This document shows, piece after piece, positions 50,159-63,745 of a DNA stretch of 64,000 nucleotides. The stretch is from Geosiphon pyriformis uo1 (taxonomy: Eukaryota; Fungi; Glomeromycota). Below the pieces are notes generated by a model. That model made no database searches. It saw nothing but the letters and a program-made list of their open reading frames with translations, and was not told the origin of the DNA. Position numbers and translations under genes: made by a program. Every line of letters starts with the position of its first letter. Position 1 is the stretch's first letter. The DNA lies in assembly GCA_016748015.1 (NCBI GenBank), contig JAAOMT010000294.1, forward strand, positions 376,864 to 440,863, written 5' to 3'.

Positions 50159-50689
50159 AGTCATAAAATTAAAGAGACAAAAAGTAATTATTTTTTTATT
50201 TTCTGTTTGGATTTACGAATTTAAATATGTTTAACCAAAAAACTCTTTTTAATAAGAATAACAATAAAATTATAACAAAAAAAAAATAAACAACATTTTT
50301 AAATATTTTTATTTTTAATACAAAAAAAAACAAAAATCATGAATAACAGATTAACAATGTAAAAAAAATTAAAAATTCTAAGTTTTTATTAAAGTACTTA
50401 ATGTAATTAATTTTGAAAAAAAGTTAATATATTAATTAGCAAAAAAATAAAACAAATAATATATATTAACTTTTTATTATTAAAATTATTAAAAAAAACA
50501 CTTATAGAAGAATTTTAATAAAAACGTTTAATTTGTATTAGAAATTTTAAAGTATAAGATTATTAATAATTATATATAATATTAATATAAAGTTTTAATT
50601 TTTAATATTTTAAATAAAAATCTTTTTATAATAAAAATAAATATAATATTATTAAAAAATAAATTTATTTGCATATTCTTATAAGAATC

Positions 50690-52770
50690 TTTAAATAGTT
50701 CATGCAATATTAAAGAAACTTGTAAAAGTTGTTTGTTTTTGTTTATCTTATGAAGTATACATTTAACATAAGCAAGCTTACTAACTGCATCATAAAACTC
50801 CTTGCTATTTTTAAGCTTCGTAAACTGTTCAAGATTTGTAATAGCAGTTAGTGCATCCTTAATACTCATTACTTTCTATACCTCTTGTTCTTCATCAGAG
50901 CTATCATGCTTTGTTTTACGATTTGTTATAATATAATTTGCAATCTCATCATCATCTAGATGTTCCAAAATAATTGTATTGTTTTCTTCAGATAGATTTA
51001 CCAACTCTTCAATTGATAAGTATGTACGATTTGGCTGTATGCAATTGAACTCTTTGTAGCAATCCTTAATCTTTTCTAATACTATCTTTTGATTATAATT
51101 AGCTATTATTTCCAAGTTTGCAGTTTCATTCTGAAAGTTGTCATTTGTATTGATTGGAAGAATGCCAACTTTGTGCCAGCAATGAGCAATTATTTCATTT
51201 GAAACATTTTTCCATGCCCTATAAATTAGACACATTGCTTGAAGTTAGTTGATTGCATAAATATCATCGGCCCCATTATCAAAAAGATCCAATACATGGT
51301 AAAAAAAATGGCGACAGTAATGTGTCTTAAAACAATGAATAATTCCAGCATCAAGTTAGATGCAAACCGTTCTACATGAATATTTGTAATAGATCTCGTA
51401 TCATAGTTGTGACCAGCAAAATTGTCTACTAACAACAATATGTTTTGGTTTTTTTTATGCAGCTGATAGTCCCAATCAACAAGCCACTGTCAAAAAATAT
51501 CACCAGTCATCTAAGCACAAGTGTTTGAATAATACTGGAAACCAAGTTGCTCTCCTGTTTTCTTTTGAAAACAGTGTGGACGTATAGCATGACCAATAAT
51601 AAGTGGTGGCAAACACTCAGTTCCATCATTGGTTGTAAAGGCAAGTGTCAGTCACACTTCTAATTGTTTGGTGCCATGATATTGTAGCAAGACCTCGATT
51701 TGGTGATATGACATAAAATAGTGCAGTTTCATCCATGTTGACAATATCGCATAACTTCCAATCAACAAGAAGTGTCATTACATGCACTCACTCATCTTCA
51801 ATATGCTCAACATTGGCTGATGATGCATCACCATGAAAGTGAAGTAAATGCAATCCAACACGGTCTTTAAAGCTCTCAAGCCAGCCATTGGATAGTTTTT
51901 GGCACTCATTTTCTGGAATATCTAATTGATCATAGAACTTTATGCCAGCAGCTCGAATTACATCTCATTCCACGCGATTCTGCCTCTTGAACAAAAATAA
52001 CAAGTGCTTTATCAAAGCCAGGATTAAATACTGTGCGTATAGGCTTGCTAGTCAAGTCACGTATTGTATTTGCTCATGGACAAAGATTTGGCCCAAGCCG
52101 AAACTAGAGGCTGTTTCATGTATGGAAAACCGTTTTCCTTAAAGTGCCTTGCAGTTTTTGATTGGTTTTTATCATTTGCATGATATCAATCAAGCACCAT
52201 AAGCTTATCATGAAGTGTAGCATTCTCACGACTTTGCGGAATGCAAGCTAAAGAGATAGCATGCTTTTTGCTATTAGACGTGGTGGAATCAAAAGGCAAA
52301 GGAAAAGTACGATTAAGACTCTGATCAGATAGGGCTGATCCAAAAATCCGACTTGATTACTCACACAATTGATAATAATTTAAAACTTGGAACAATTCGA
52401 AACTCTGATTTGATTACTCACACAATCGATGATAATTTAGAACTTGGGACAATTCGAAACTCCGACTTGATTACTTACATGATTAATGATTATTCTGTTG
52501 AATAAGTAATGTTACATTATCATATAGCATTTTTAGTCATGGAAATATTGGTTTGCTTTACTACAATTTTACCAGAATAAGCAGAATTTAAACTAAATCT
52601 AGCACCTGAGATAACCCATACTGACAGTAAAAAGTTATGGGTTATTGGGTATCACAGGTATGGGTTATAAACATAGGAATTCTTTAACTACCAAATTGGT
52701 AGATTCAAAATGCTATGGCTTATCACAGGTTATGGGCTATCTCAGTGTGGGTTATCTCAGGTTTTACGTA
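50690..52770 (-). mobile_element. Degenerate pogo/Tigger (CENP-B HTH + DDE_1) DNA transposon, one end retained
   Basis: KLSNGWLESFKDRVGL...FHGDASSA, DIVNMDETALFY, PPLIIGHAIRPHCF, LLLVDNFAGH, IIAHCWHKVGILP, with stops and frameshifts. Terminal-type repeat TAC(-)GTAAAACCTGAGATAACCC at 52770 on the minus strand. Confidence 0.88.
52347..52493. repeat. 57-bp tandem repeat, about 2.6 copies, inside the pogo element
   Basis: Units start at 52347, 52404 and 52461 (TCCGACTTGATTACTCACACAAT...CAATTCGAAAC). Confidence 0.85.
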
Positions 52771-53496
52771 AGGATGAGGGTAAAATTTTTGACTAGAATC
52801 AGGTTTCGTTTACACCAACCAACATTAAAAGTATCGACAGTTTCCTAGACAAAGAAAATCATGCTAGTCTGTGAAGCCCCATTTTCAGTTACAGGGAACA
52901 TTTTTACTGCATCCCCTTGCAGGAAGATAATAATCCGAAAAAAGTGGCTCATTGGGAATCGGTTGCCTGATGAGCTTGCTGCAAATCTTGTCCATAGTGT
53001 GAAAAATCGAGTTGAAGCCAGGGGACTAAAAAGCCTAAAAAACATGAGTTTTTGCTCAATCGAGTTAACAAATTCTCAGATCATGCAAAAAATCGATGCA
53101 ATTTATAAGATGGTGTGTATCAAAATAAATATTTTTGCATGGGATTAGTTTAGAGCTCTAGGCAAAAGTGAATTCATCTCCTCATGTCTTTACATCTTTG
53201 TTTTAATAGGTGGATCGGAAATTTGATGACATGGAGGGGTCGAATATTTTGGATGTACTGTACATAATGTTAAATATCAAAGATCCGGAACTTTTCTTTT
53301 GTTCTAATACAATAGTGATTAGCGTTCATTTCAAACCCTGGTATTTATGCATGAATGGCATTCGATAAAATAATACCACCATCTAGGTTACAACCTCCAC
53401 TCAGATAAAAACGCCAGCTTTCTCCACCATAAAAATCTTCGTCAAAAAATTACATTCAGAAAGTTCAATCTTTTGATTTTACAACAACCATTCATC

Positions 53497-53697
53497 ATGT
53501 CGCTCAAAATTGCTTTGATGATTCTATTTGTCTTGTTCGGGGTTCTCTTCACCATTACTGCTGCTATGCCATTGGTTCCCTATTACCCTAGACCTCCATG
53601 CGGTGGTCCTCCATACGGTGGTCCTCCATATATCGACAATTATCGTGGGAAAATTTGCATTTCACCAGATTTCAACCTTCTGGCTGATGGGAATTAA
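53497..53697 (+). CDS. Small secreted Pro/Gly/Tyr-rich peptide
   Basis: MSLKIALMILFVLFGVLFTITAA-MPLVPYYPRPPCGGPPYGGPPYIDNYR... Signal peptide plus 15-bp repeats encoding GGPPY. The 3' end may be spliced. Confidence 0.6.
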   Translation: MSLKIALMILFVLFGVLFTITAAMPLVPYYPRPPCGGPPYGGPPYIDNYRGKICISPDFNLLADGN

Positions 53698-54501
53698 ATT
53701 CAAGAGGCTGGTTTACTCTGGAAGGTTTATATTTGAGAATAAAATGATATACTAGTTCTTCAATTAATTTGAGCTAGCAATAATACACTGTAAATTTCGT
53801 AACAGAAAAAAGTATCTGTTTTAAATGATATAAATATAATATTTTCATTTTCGAAACGTAAAATCATATATCGATAATAAAATGAAAAATGCCAAGCGAG
53901 TTTCTTTCACAGCAAACAAATTTCAAAATTTTGCTTTTAAAGGCCGTTAATACTATCTCTTAACTAAAATATAAAAAACTTTGATGAATTTTATTTTTTT
54001 GAAATTTTTTCAAATCATGGACAGTAGGAAGTTTAAATAAAAGGCCACTCAGCAGCATAACCACGCATTATGTCAAAGTTTTATATTCCTCAAATTCTCG
54101 GAAATTTTGCCTGAAGCCCTTGGTTTTCACGAATTTCTTGTTCAATTCATACCTATCAAAAACTAAATTTATTCACTTTTTTTTTTAATTTTTTTATTAA
54201 ACAAAGCAAGCTTTAATCGAATAGTTAAAATAGTTCCAAAGTTTTATTTAATGATGATAATAACGTATATGTTTAAAAGCTTATAATTATAAATCTGAAC
54301 ATAAATAATTTGTGATTTAATGCTAATTTCAAAAAACTACAATTAGTTACTTTTTGAAAACATAAAATAATGTTGATAAAGCTTTTTGAATATTATATTT
54401 ATTAAAACAACATAACTTAAAATCAAAATCATTTTTTTTTAATATACGCCTGATATTTTAATAATCACACTTATGATATAACATGGAAATTTTTATATAT
54501 A

Positions 54502-56548
54502 CAGTCAGACCTCCATAAAAGAACCCTCGATAAAAGAACAACCTCTTACAAAGAACATTTTTTTATAGAACCAATTGATTAATTAACAATTTTCCCTTTA
54601 TATAAGAACAATCTATAAAGGAATAAGAACATAATTTTATCAAACGTTTATTCGAAATTTACCTTCATATAAGAACAAATATCACGTGCTAGATGTTAAT
54701 TTAAATCGATTTACATTGGACTTCCTCTTTTTGATCTTGTCTGTTTTCACGTACAGCCACTTAGTCCCTATTGTATTCTAATTCAAGCTTGCTAAAACCA
54801 AATCTAATATTATCATTATAGGCACATTTTCTAACAGACTTGCTAAATTATCACAATGTCGGAACCTTTATTCAAAAAACAAAAACGAGCAGCAGTTAAT
54901 AATGCTCTTTGTAAAGAAATTTGTCAATATTCCAAAAATCACTATGGCATGAAACATGATGATATTGTAGCTTACTTCAATCATAAATATCCAGAACTTC
55001 ATATTTCTCGTCCAACTGTCTCCAAGATAATCAAAGAGCATGCAAAGTGGTTGAATATTGAAATTGATGAAATTGATGAAAGATCTATTCAACACAAAAG
55101 CGTTAAATTTCCATTATTAGACCAAGTTTTAAGTTATTGAGTAGAACAAGTAACGGCAGCCACTATCAAATTCAATGATCAACTAATTAAAGAGAAAGGA
55201 AAAAAATTTGCCAAACTTCTTGGTATACACCAAAATGAAATACAATTCTCAAATAGATGGATTCAAAAATTCAAAAAACGAAACCAATTATGTGTTTACC
55301 GATTTCATGGTGAAGCAGGAAGTGTATCAACTGAAAGTTTACCAGAAGAACGAAGAAAATTAAAAACCATTATATCCGAATTTGATCCTGCTGACATATA
55401 ATGCTGATGAAACAGGATTATTTTTTCGTATGTGACCAAATCAAACACTTGCAAAATGTTGAAATGCAGGAAAAAAATTGATATATTATACTTACCAATT
55501 GTTATCGTTATATATTATTGTTATATTAANNNNNNNNNNNNNNNNNNNNNNNNNNNNNNNNNNNNNNNNNNNNNNNNNNNNNNNNNNNNNNNNNNNNNNN
55601 NNNNNNNNNNNNNNNNNNNNNNNNNNNNNNNNNNNNNNNNNNNNNNNNNNNNNNNNNNNNNNNNNNNNNNNNNNNNNNNNNNNNNNNNNNNNNNNNNNNN
55701 NNNNNNNNTGCTGGCATTATCAAATCTTTCAAAGGCAAATATAAGCACTTATATTGTCAACATATTTTACATCAATTTGAACAAAAAATTAATATTGAAC
55801 AGTTCAGTAATATAATATATACAGTATTATTATCATTATATATTATATATCTAATATTAATTTATTTTTTAGAAATAAATTAAACATAAAACAAGCAATT
55901 AATTATGTTGTTCAATCATGGTTTCAAGTAATATCTGTTACAATTCAAAACTGTTGGCAAAAAACGGATATTCTTTTCTATAATAAAGAATTAGAAATTC
56001 AAGAATCCGAAACATCAATTGCTATGAATATATTCAACAATTTACCATCAAATGCACAACAATTGGTCAAAAATCTCGAAGATTATACTGTAGCAGTTGA
56101 TGAATTATTGGCAACTAAAAATATTCTTGATGATAATGAAATTGTAGATATAGTTTTAGCCGATGCTCAAATTGAAACCAATACAATTAATGACTCAGAA
56201 GAAGAATTAGAAAAATCTCCACCTGCTATAATTACAATTACAGAAGCATATGAAGCATTAAAAAAGGTAATTAGATTTGAAGAGCAATTAGCAGAAGAAA
56301 ATTTTAGTATAGAAAACCAAAATTTACTTAGAAAAAAATTATATGAATACGAAAAAATGAAGGAAAATTCTAAAAAACAGGTAACAATTAATCGATATTT
56401 TAATAACAATAATAATAATAATAATTGATTGATTTAATAAATAAATATAGTTTATTTGATAATAATTATAAAACTCTATAATAGAACACCTCTAAAATGG
56501 AACATAATTTGCATGTCCCAATTGTGTTCTTTTATAGAGGTCTGACTG
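54502..56548 (+). mobile_element. Full-length but inactivated pogo/Tigger DNA transposon with TIRs and TA target-site duplication
   Basis: TIR CAGTCAGACCTC(C/T)ATAAAAGAAC, 22/23 match (54502-54524 and 56526-56548). TA at 54500-54501 and 56549-56550. Subterminal AAGAAC repeats. Transposase MSEPLFKKQKR..., FSNRWIQKFKKR, RFHGEAGS, YNADETGLFF, QNCWQKTDIL with stops and frameshifts. Assembly gap at 55530-55708. Confidence 0.93.
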
Positions 56549-57247
56549 TATTATTATTTTATTAAAAATCCGAAAGAACAAAAACAAATTGATCAAGTGG
56601 CTGGTCACATGTTTGTAGATCACATTTGTTGGCATCAAATATATAACAAATTGAATGTGTAAAAAGAGTTTGTAATTGTCAATAAAAAATAATAATACAG
56701 CTATTATAATTTTATGCCTTAGTTTACACTTTTAAAAAAAATTTAATTAATTTAAAAGTATGATTAATAAAAAATTAATATTTTAAATATAAAGAGTTTT
56801 ATTTATATATTTAAACAAAAACAATAATTAAATTTACAATTAAACCAAAAATTTAATTAAAAATTAAATTAATATTAAAAATAAAATAAATAAATAAATA
56901 ATTTAATATAAAAACCACACATACTAAAAATATTTCTTTAATTTATTTCTTTTTTTTAAAAAAAAATTAAATGGGATATGTTTAAAAAAAACTCAGTTTC
57001 AAAATCAAATAAGTTACAAAGTTATTACTTTTACAAAAAGTTATTCTAAAATTTACTTACCAAAGCTTTTAAAACAAGCTTTAAAAAATACAATACTTAT
57101 TTTTATTGATATTTTACCAGATGTTACAATTAACAAAAACCTTAATAGTGTTTTAATAAAACAAACAATGAATATATTTTTATATATAAATATTTTTACA
57201 TTAGAAAAACACTATATAAAAAAAATCAAATTTTAAGTAACAAATAC

Positions 57248-57530
57248 TAGAGCTGCGAAAGAGTCAAGTCAACTCGTAAGAGTCGAGTTATAAATATTCT
57301 AACTCGGAATTGATGTGAGTCAAAATCTCATGACTCGACTCGTCGAGTCTTATATATAAGTAAATCAAATTTCAATTTAGCTCTTTTTAACTTGAAAAAT
57401 GACAGATGATTAGTCATTATTTTTTCTATTAGTTGAGAATAAAACATTATCAATAAAATTTTTACACGTGACAAATAACGAGTCGAGTTGGGTCATAGGC
57501 TACTAAACCCAAGTTGAATCCGAGTCAGAT
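57248..57530 (+). mobile_element. Probable hAT-like transposon end or MITE relic
   Basis: Begins TAGAGCTG, a hAT-like terminus. Clustered GAGTC(GAGT)/GACTC(GACTC) subterminal motifs in both orientations within very AT-rich DNA. No partner end found. Confidence 0.45.
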
Positions 57531-59123
57531 CAAAAAAATATAAAGTATTTTTAATTTATGATATATTTAAAAATTATCTAATTTAAAGTAATATTATATA
57601 CTTCAAAATAGAAAAATTTAAGCAAATAAAATTATTTTGATAATTATTCTTATATCGTAATATGTTCGTTCTGATTTAAAAATGGGCTATCAACATTGTT
57701 TAAATTTTAAGTGTATTATGAATTAATTCAAGTTAAATAATTTAATTACTTGAAAAAAATTAATATTAATGTTAAAATTAGTAATTTAATTTATTTGCAC
57801 ATTTTAATTAACGAAAATAACGTTTTAACCACATTTTATACTTAATTTTTTACAAAAACATTAATTAGTTATACAATTAACTTTATATTAACATATACAG
57901 TATTTTGAACTTTTGTTGTTCAATAAGTGAAATTTTACAATTTGGCATATCTTTCAGTTGAAAAATTTAGTATTAATATTTTTTTATATTACTTACTTGA
58001 TAAGGCATATTTAAACTTTAAAAATATAAGCAGAATAATATAATATATTATCAAAATTTTTAAAAGTTTTTTTCTATTATCTGTTCAATCGAATATAATT
58101 ATTTAATATTAACAAATAAAACTTATTTTTGTTTTTTTTTAATATTTTCAAATTAATGTTTGTTCAAAAATAAAATAATTTTGTATTGTAATTTATTAAG
58201 AATGTTTGATAACCAAAAAATAATGCTTTACCATTTTTTAAATATTTTTAGTTTTGGCTTTAATTCTATATACTTCAAATTCATTCAAAAAATTTCAAAA
58301 AATCATATTATTATAAAAAATCACTTCAAAAAAAAAAGCTTTCAACTTTGATTTTTTGATTCAAAATATCTACAAAATGAAATTAAAAGTAATTTTTTAT
58401 TTTATTTTAAATAACTATTTAATTATACAAAAATTCATTCATCTTTTTCTTTGCTTTCAGTTTTGTGTGCATTCGGAATATCTACAAAATTAATTAAAGA
58501 TAAATATTTCATTTTAAATAATTTTTAGGGACAAAATAATCAAGAAAATCTTGAAGAAATTGATATTACAAAAGTGGGAATAAAAAAAAATTTTTTTCAG
58601 AGACACTAATTTTTCAATGATATCATTTGGACTATTGAAATTTCAATAGAGTAACTCTTGATTACAGTAGCAATTTGCATTTGTTTACATTGAACAGCAT
58701 CCTACATTTAAAAGTTTTCTCTCTCAAAGATGCGGAAATATTTTAGTTCTTTTTTGTCTCTGATAAATCATATTTAAAAAAACAAAGTTTCTTGTGATTA
58801 AAGATTAAATTTAACTTAATGTTGACCTGATATCTAAGATTAAACTAACTCAATATCTTTGTAAATAATTAAAGCCCTTGACTCAATTTGTTCCACTAGC
58901 ATTGAGCAAAATAATGGTTTTCAATCATGGCCTATTATGTGCGTCAAGTTAATATCGTTAAAACTTGTATATAATTATAGCTTTATTGGAAAAACGGTTA
59001 AAATAAATTTTAATATATATCATATCTTATATCATAATTTTTAAATGGTATGTGGGAATTAACTCTTCCATAAAAAAGTACATATACATAACTGCAATGG
59101 AAAATATTTTAAACTAAAACGAA

Positions 59124-59918
59124 TTAAATTTCGGCGTTTGTGTAATAAGATTCTTGCGGAATATAAGCAAGAACTTGATTATCCATTCGTGCTGCAAGAG
59201 AAAAAATGTCAGCAGAATATACTAGGATTTGTGGCCTTTGATATGGAGGGAAATAAACATTCGATTCATTTTCGATAGAACTCAATCCAGTGGTCTCATA
59301 GGTGTTTAAAGGATATGAATCTGGGCTCAAAGGAATTGAGGATTGTGAATTTGATAAATATTGGACAGAAGAAGAAGAAGAAGAATGAAAGACAGGATCC
59401 AAATTTTCAGAAACATGAATTTTGTTGTTGACAGAATTTCCTGCCAATTGATGATCATTATTTTTACAAGAAGCATGTTCACACGTGAGGCAATTGCCGA
59501 TCGTCTCATTTATATCATTCTTTTTGAAATTTAGCTCCTGCTTAAATGGTTCGTTATTTGACAAACCCAATTTTTGGCGGCGTAATTCAATCAATTTGAC
59601 GTGCGTTTCTCGAGCAAGATCTTTGTAAGCTTTCTTCACGCTTAGTGGCTCTTTTTTCCATGAGCTAGAGACCATTTTTGAAATTATTTTTTGTCTTGCA
59701 ATAAATCCTTTGGCACGAAGTTCATTATAAAAGGCCAGTCGATAGAGAATGAAACAATTTGGTGATTTTAAAGGGACGGTTCCATTTTTTTTAAGGTTAA
59801 TACATTCTCTGGGATCAATATTTGGCGGGAATGGGACATGAATGTTTGGCATATCATCATTGAGGGTGCTTGACTTCTTCGTAGAGCTTGATAAACTTTT
59901 TTTGTTTATACGTGGCAT
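59124..59918 (-). CDS. MATA-HMG-type HMG-box transcription factor, single exon
   Basis: VPFPPNIDP...KSPNCFILYRLAFYNELRAKG...QKIISKMVSSSWKKEPLSVKKAYKDLARE. This family is greatly expanded in Glomeromycotina. Confidence 0.88.
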   Translation of the reverse strand: MPRINKKSLSSSTKKSSTLNDDMPNIHVPFPPNIDPRECINLKKNGTVPLKSPNCFILYRLAFYNELRAKGFIARQKIISKMVSSSWKKEPLSVKKAYKDLARETHVKLIELRRQKLGLSNNEPFKQELNFKKNDINETIGNCLTCEHASCKNNDHQLAGNSVNNKIHVSENLDPVFHSSSSSSVQYLSNSQSSIPLSPDSYPLNTYETTGLSSIENESNVYFPPYQRPQILVYSADIFSLAARMDNQVLAYIPQESYYTNAEI

Positions 59919-62184
59919 CTTTGACTACTTTTGAAGGCACTTTTCTAAATAGCTCAAAGAATTAGTGCAAGGAAAGAAGGAAAGTGGGAATTTAGCAGCT
60001 TCTTTTATCCTAAAATCTTTGTTCATTTTACACGTAAACGGTATCATAAATCCGTGGGGGGTGATACTGACTTAAAGCTATTTTATGATATAAACTTCTG
60101 AAAAAGAGCTGGAATACAAGAAATGCATTTCGGTTTGTGTGACTATTTTAAGCTAACCGTGGAAATTATTCTTTAAATGATATTATTATTAAATTTAAAA
60201 GTGGATAAATTGAAACTTTACATAAAATTTTGAAATTTTGAATGTTATAAATAATTCTCAAATCTTTTTTTGGTTATTTAGCTGAAAAATTAGAAATAAT
60301 AATTGATCAAGCACTTTTTTGATAGTCCAAAAATTTAATTGAAATTAGAATATTTTCATTTAATTAAGTTTATTTATCAAGTATAATACTAAAATCTCAA
60401 TTATTTGATTAATGGGAAAGAAGTGAAACTTAATTTAAAAGCTCATTATTGTCCAAAAAAAGTGAAACATCCATTATTCTGAAATCACGTCAGATTCATC
60501 ATATGTTAAACTCTTATTTAATTTGTAATTTTAACTGCGTCGTAAAAAAAAAGCCCAGATTTTTTCTACCCCTCAGCCATTATCAATCAGATCGGGAGTT
60601 ACACCCATTCTTTGTTAAATTTAAAGAACCTGATATAAAGTCTATGCTTAAAAATTTAATATGATCATTTATTTTCTATTATTATGCTGCTTCATAAGAT
60701 TACTCAATTTTTCATATTAATTTCTTTTAGCTAATAATTTTTACATTGGAATGATTAAAGGGAAATATAGTCCACTTTCATTCTTTATGTTTAAGTAATT
60801 AACAATTTTTTTCGCAGAACCAATTAATTCAAGATTTCATATTATCATACCCAATACATCCAAATTTAATATAGATCACCATTTTGATCGGCTAACTAAA
60901 ACTCTTTGTTCACTAGTTTCAATAGTAACACAGGCATCAATCGTATTTTTTTTTTGTAATAAAATATTTTCAAGTCATTTGGTAGCAAGCATGAAACTAA
61001 TTTACTAAGTAAAGCTACCAAAATACTAAAATTTTTGGCAAGATTCTTCGAAAAAGCTTATAATATGACTTAAATGTATCGTTAATAGTTATTTTAAAAT
61101 TTCTAAAAGCTAATTTTTCGAATAAATCTTTCTTTGAAATTATTATTAAAATAAAATTCAGAGAATTTAAGAAGCAAATTAAATTTGGGACGAGCTTTAC
61201 CAAATAATTTTACTTTGAAATTTAGTGTTCCTTGACACCACAAAAAAAAACACCAATCAGTTCACTTATGATGTCATTTTTTAAAATATAAATTAATAAC
61301 TTTTCTTACTTATTTGGCCAAATGCACGTGAAATTTAAATTTTTTCAAATTTCAATTAGTTTTATCTACTTTAGAAAGTCATTTTGCATTTCAATGATCA
61401 TGAACCTTTTTAAATGGGAAACCCTTCTCGAACTATTTTATCTGTAAAATTCACATGCTATAATTGATTAAAACTTGAAAAAATCTCACTCATTCTATTC
61501 TAATTTAGTAAAAACAGGAATCTGAGGCCGAACTTCATTTATAGTGAGAATATAAACTTAATATCAGAATACGTATACTTTCCAGTTTACTAATAGGCAA
61601 ATGGTGAAAATTATTTTTTTTAATTTAAATAGTTAATATACGTATAGTGAGTACATAGTTCAAACACTCCATATATAGCTAACTAAAAAATAATGTTTTT
61701 GGGACTTTTTAGATCATTGCTCAATATTTATTTATTTGATGCCCTTTATCAATGCAAAAAAAAACTCAATTTAATTTACAAATAGACCATATTTCGGGAA
61801 AAGTAACGTGTCCATATTAAAGTTATATGTAATAGAAACTTCTCAAATGAATCCATCGCATATCATGCATGCACTGGCTATCTTTGAATCATTGTATGTG
61901 GCTGTTAAGGTTCTAATAATCACAAGTGGTGGTTGATCTTTCTTGATGAGGAAATTTGAAATTAAGTTCAATAAAAAAAAATACGTTTCTATACTACAAG
62001 CCACATTAATTAGAGAAAATTCGACTCCAGAATATCCTTTGTTATGGCTTTAAAGGACATGAAATTTTAAAATGCGTCCCAAAAAATTTTAAGAATCCAC
62101 ATAATGATTATCGATATTTTTTGATACAAATTTTTAATTCTAATACCTTAAAACCTAGTTAAGAAATTAGCTCACTATTTCCCA

Positions 62185-62213
62185 CATTATTATTATTATT
62201 ATTATTATTATTA
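62185..62213. repeat. (TTA)n microsatellite
   Basis: Direct reading. Confidence 0.85.
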
Positions 62214-63679
62214 TGTATAGGGAAAATTATACACACTTTAAAAGTTTTTTCAGTAAATAATCCTTATAAAAGATATGATTTATAAAAAAAATGATTGCAA
62301 ACTTTTATTAAGGAAATACGAAAAAGTGAATTGATTTATCCAAGGACTTTAAACTGAAAATTTTTAAAATTATCATTTGGAGAATATTAATTTTAAATAA
62401 CTTCAATATTTTAAATTAATATTATACATAACTTGATTAAATAATTTTATTTTATTTATATTATTTTTCTATTATAAATATTCCTTTGTTGCCAAATATT
62501 ATATGACTATTCACTTTGTATACCAAAAATTGCAAATGAAAAGTTTAAAATTTAATTATTTTGTTTAAAAATTAAAATTAAAATTAGAATTCAATAAACA
62601 CTTGAAGATTATGTAAAATTTGTTTAGCTATTATATTATTTTGGTTGTTTTTTGTCACATAATTTTTTTTTTAAATACAAATAAAACGTATCAAATCTTT
62701 TATTTAAATATCAAATTTGTAAAAAGTAGCTGAAAAAAAAACCCCCGATTTCAAAAGTACTTATTATAATTAAAAACAAAAAGTTAATGATATAACAAAA
62801 AAACTAATAATATAACTAAAAAATATTTTTAATGTTTCGCTAAAAAATTATATTTTCAATGACTTAAATTATTAAACCTCACTTTTCCATATTATAAATT
62901 TTTCATTGATTTCTGAAACTTATTCAATACTTATTTGAACAAATTCTATTATAAAATTTGAATTTTGAAAAAAGAAAAATAATTTTCAAATACCAAGTAA
63001 AATCCTAAAATTAACAATTAATAACAATATAACTGTAAAAAAAACAAATTAATTATCAATTTACTTTGAATAACTATTATGTATTTATAAATTATTTTTA
63101 AAAAAAATAATATTAACTAAATTGTATTCAAGAAAGAAATAGTCCTAAAAACAATTAAACTTTTATTTAATTTCTAAAACTATTTTCAAAAAATAATATA
63201 TAATTTGAAAAAAAAATGTTATTTATAATCTAAATACATATTTTATAAATAAATATTTGAAAAACTCAAATTCCAAAAATATTGGCTGATTATTACTAGT
63301 TAATATTATTAAAAAAATACATCTTCAATTTTTCTAATGTTTTTCAAAAAAAACTTTAATCAAGAATTAATCAACAGACATTATGTACAAAAATTTTTTT
63401 CAATAAATTAAAACTATTTTGAATCTTTAACGGTAACTGTTATAATATAAAAATTTTATTAAAAATATATTAAAAGAATTTAAACCAGGAACAAAATTAA
63501 AATTAGATTTTATTCTCAATAAAAAAGTTATATATATATATAATAATTAAGAAATTACGCAAAAATAAGAAATAATAACTGTTGTTAATTAAAATAAAAA
63601 ATTTGTTAATAGAGAAAATATATAATATAATTAAAAGAGCTCTTAGGATATTACAATCTATATAAAAGTAAAAAAATAC

Positions 63680-63744
<65 letters not shown>
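63680..63744. repeat. (AAT)n microsatellite, about 21 units
   Basis: Direct reading. Confidence 0.9.

Positions 63745-63745
<1 letters not shown>

Noticed and set aside
52845-53148. ORFs 52861-53148 and 52845-53045
   Set aside because: No recognisable motif, splice structure or other support; left uncalled.
55432-55815. ORFs containing X runs
   Set aside because: They span the N gap inside the pogo element.
59124-59918. HMG gene as a mating-type locus
   Set aside because: MATA-HMG genes are highly expanded in this fungal group, and no sex-locus flanking genes (TPT, RNA helicase, homeodomain pair) are in the window.
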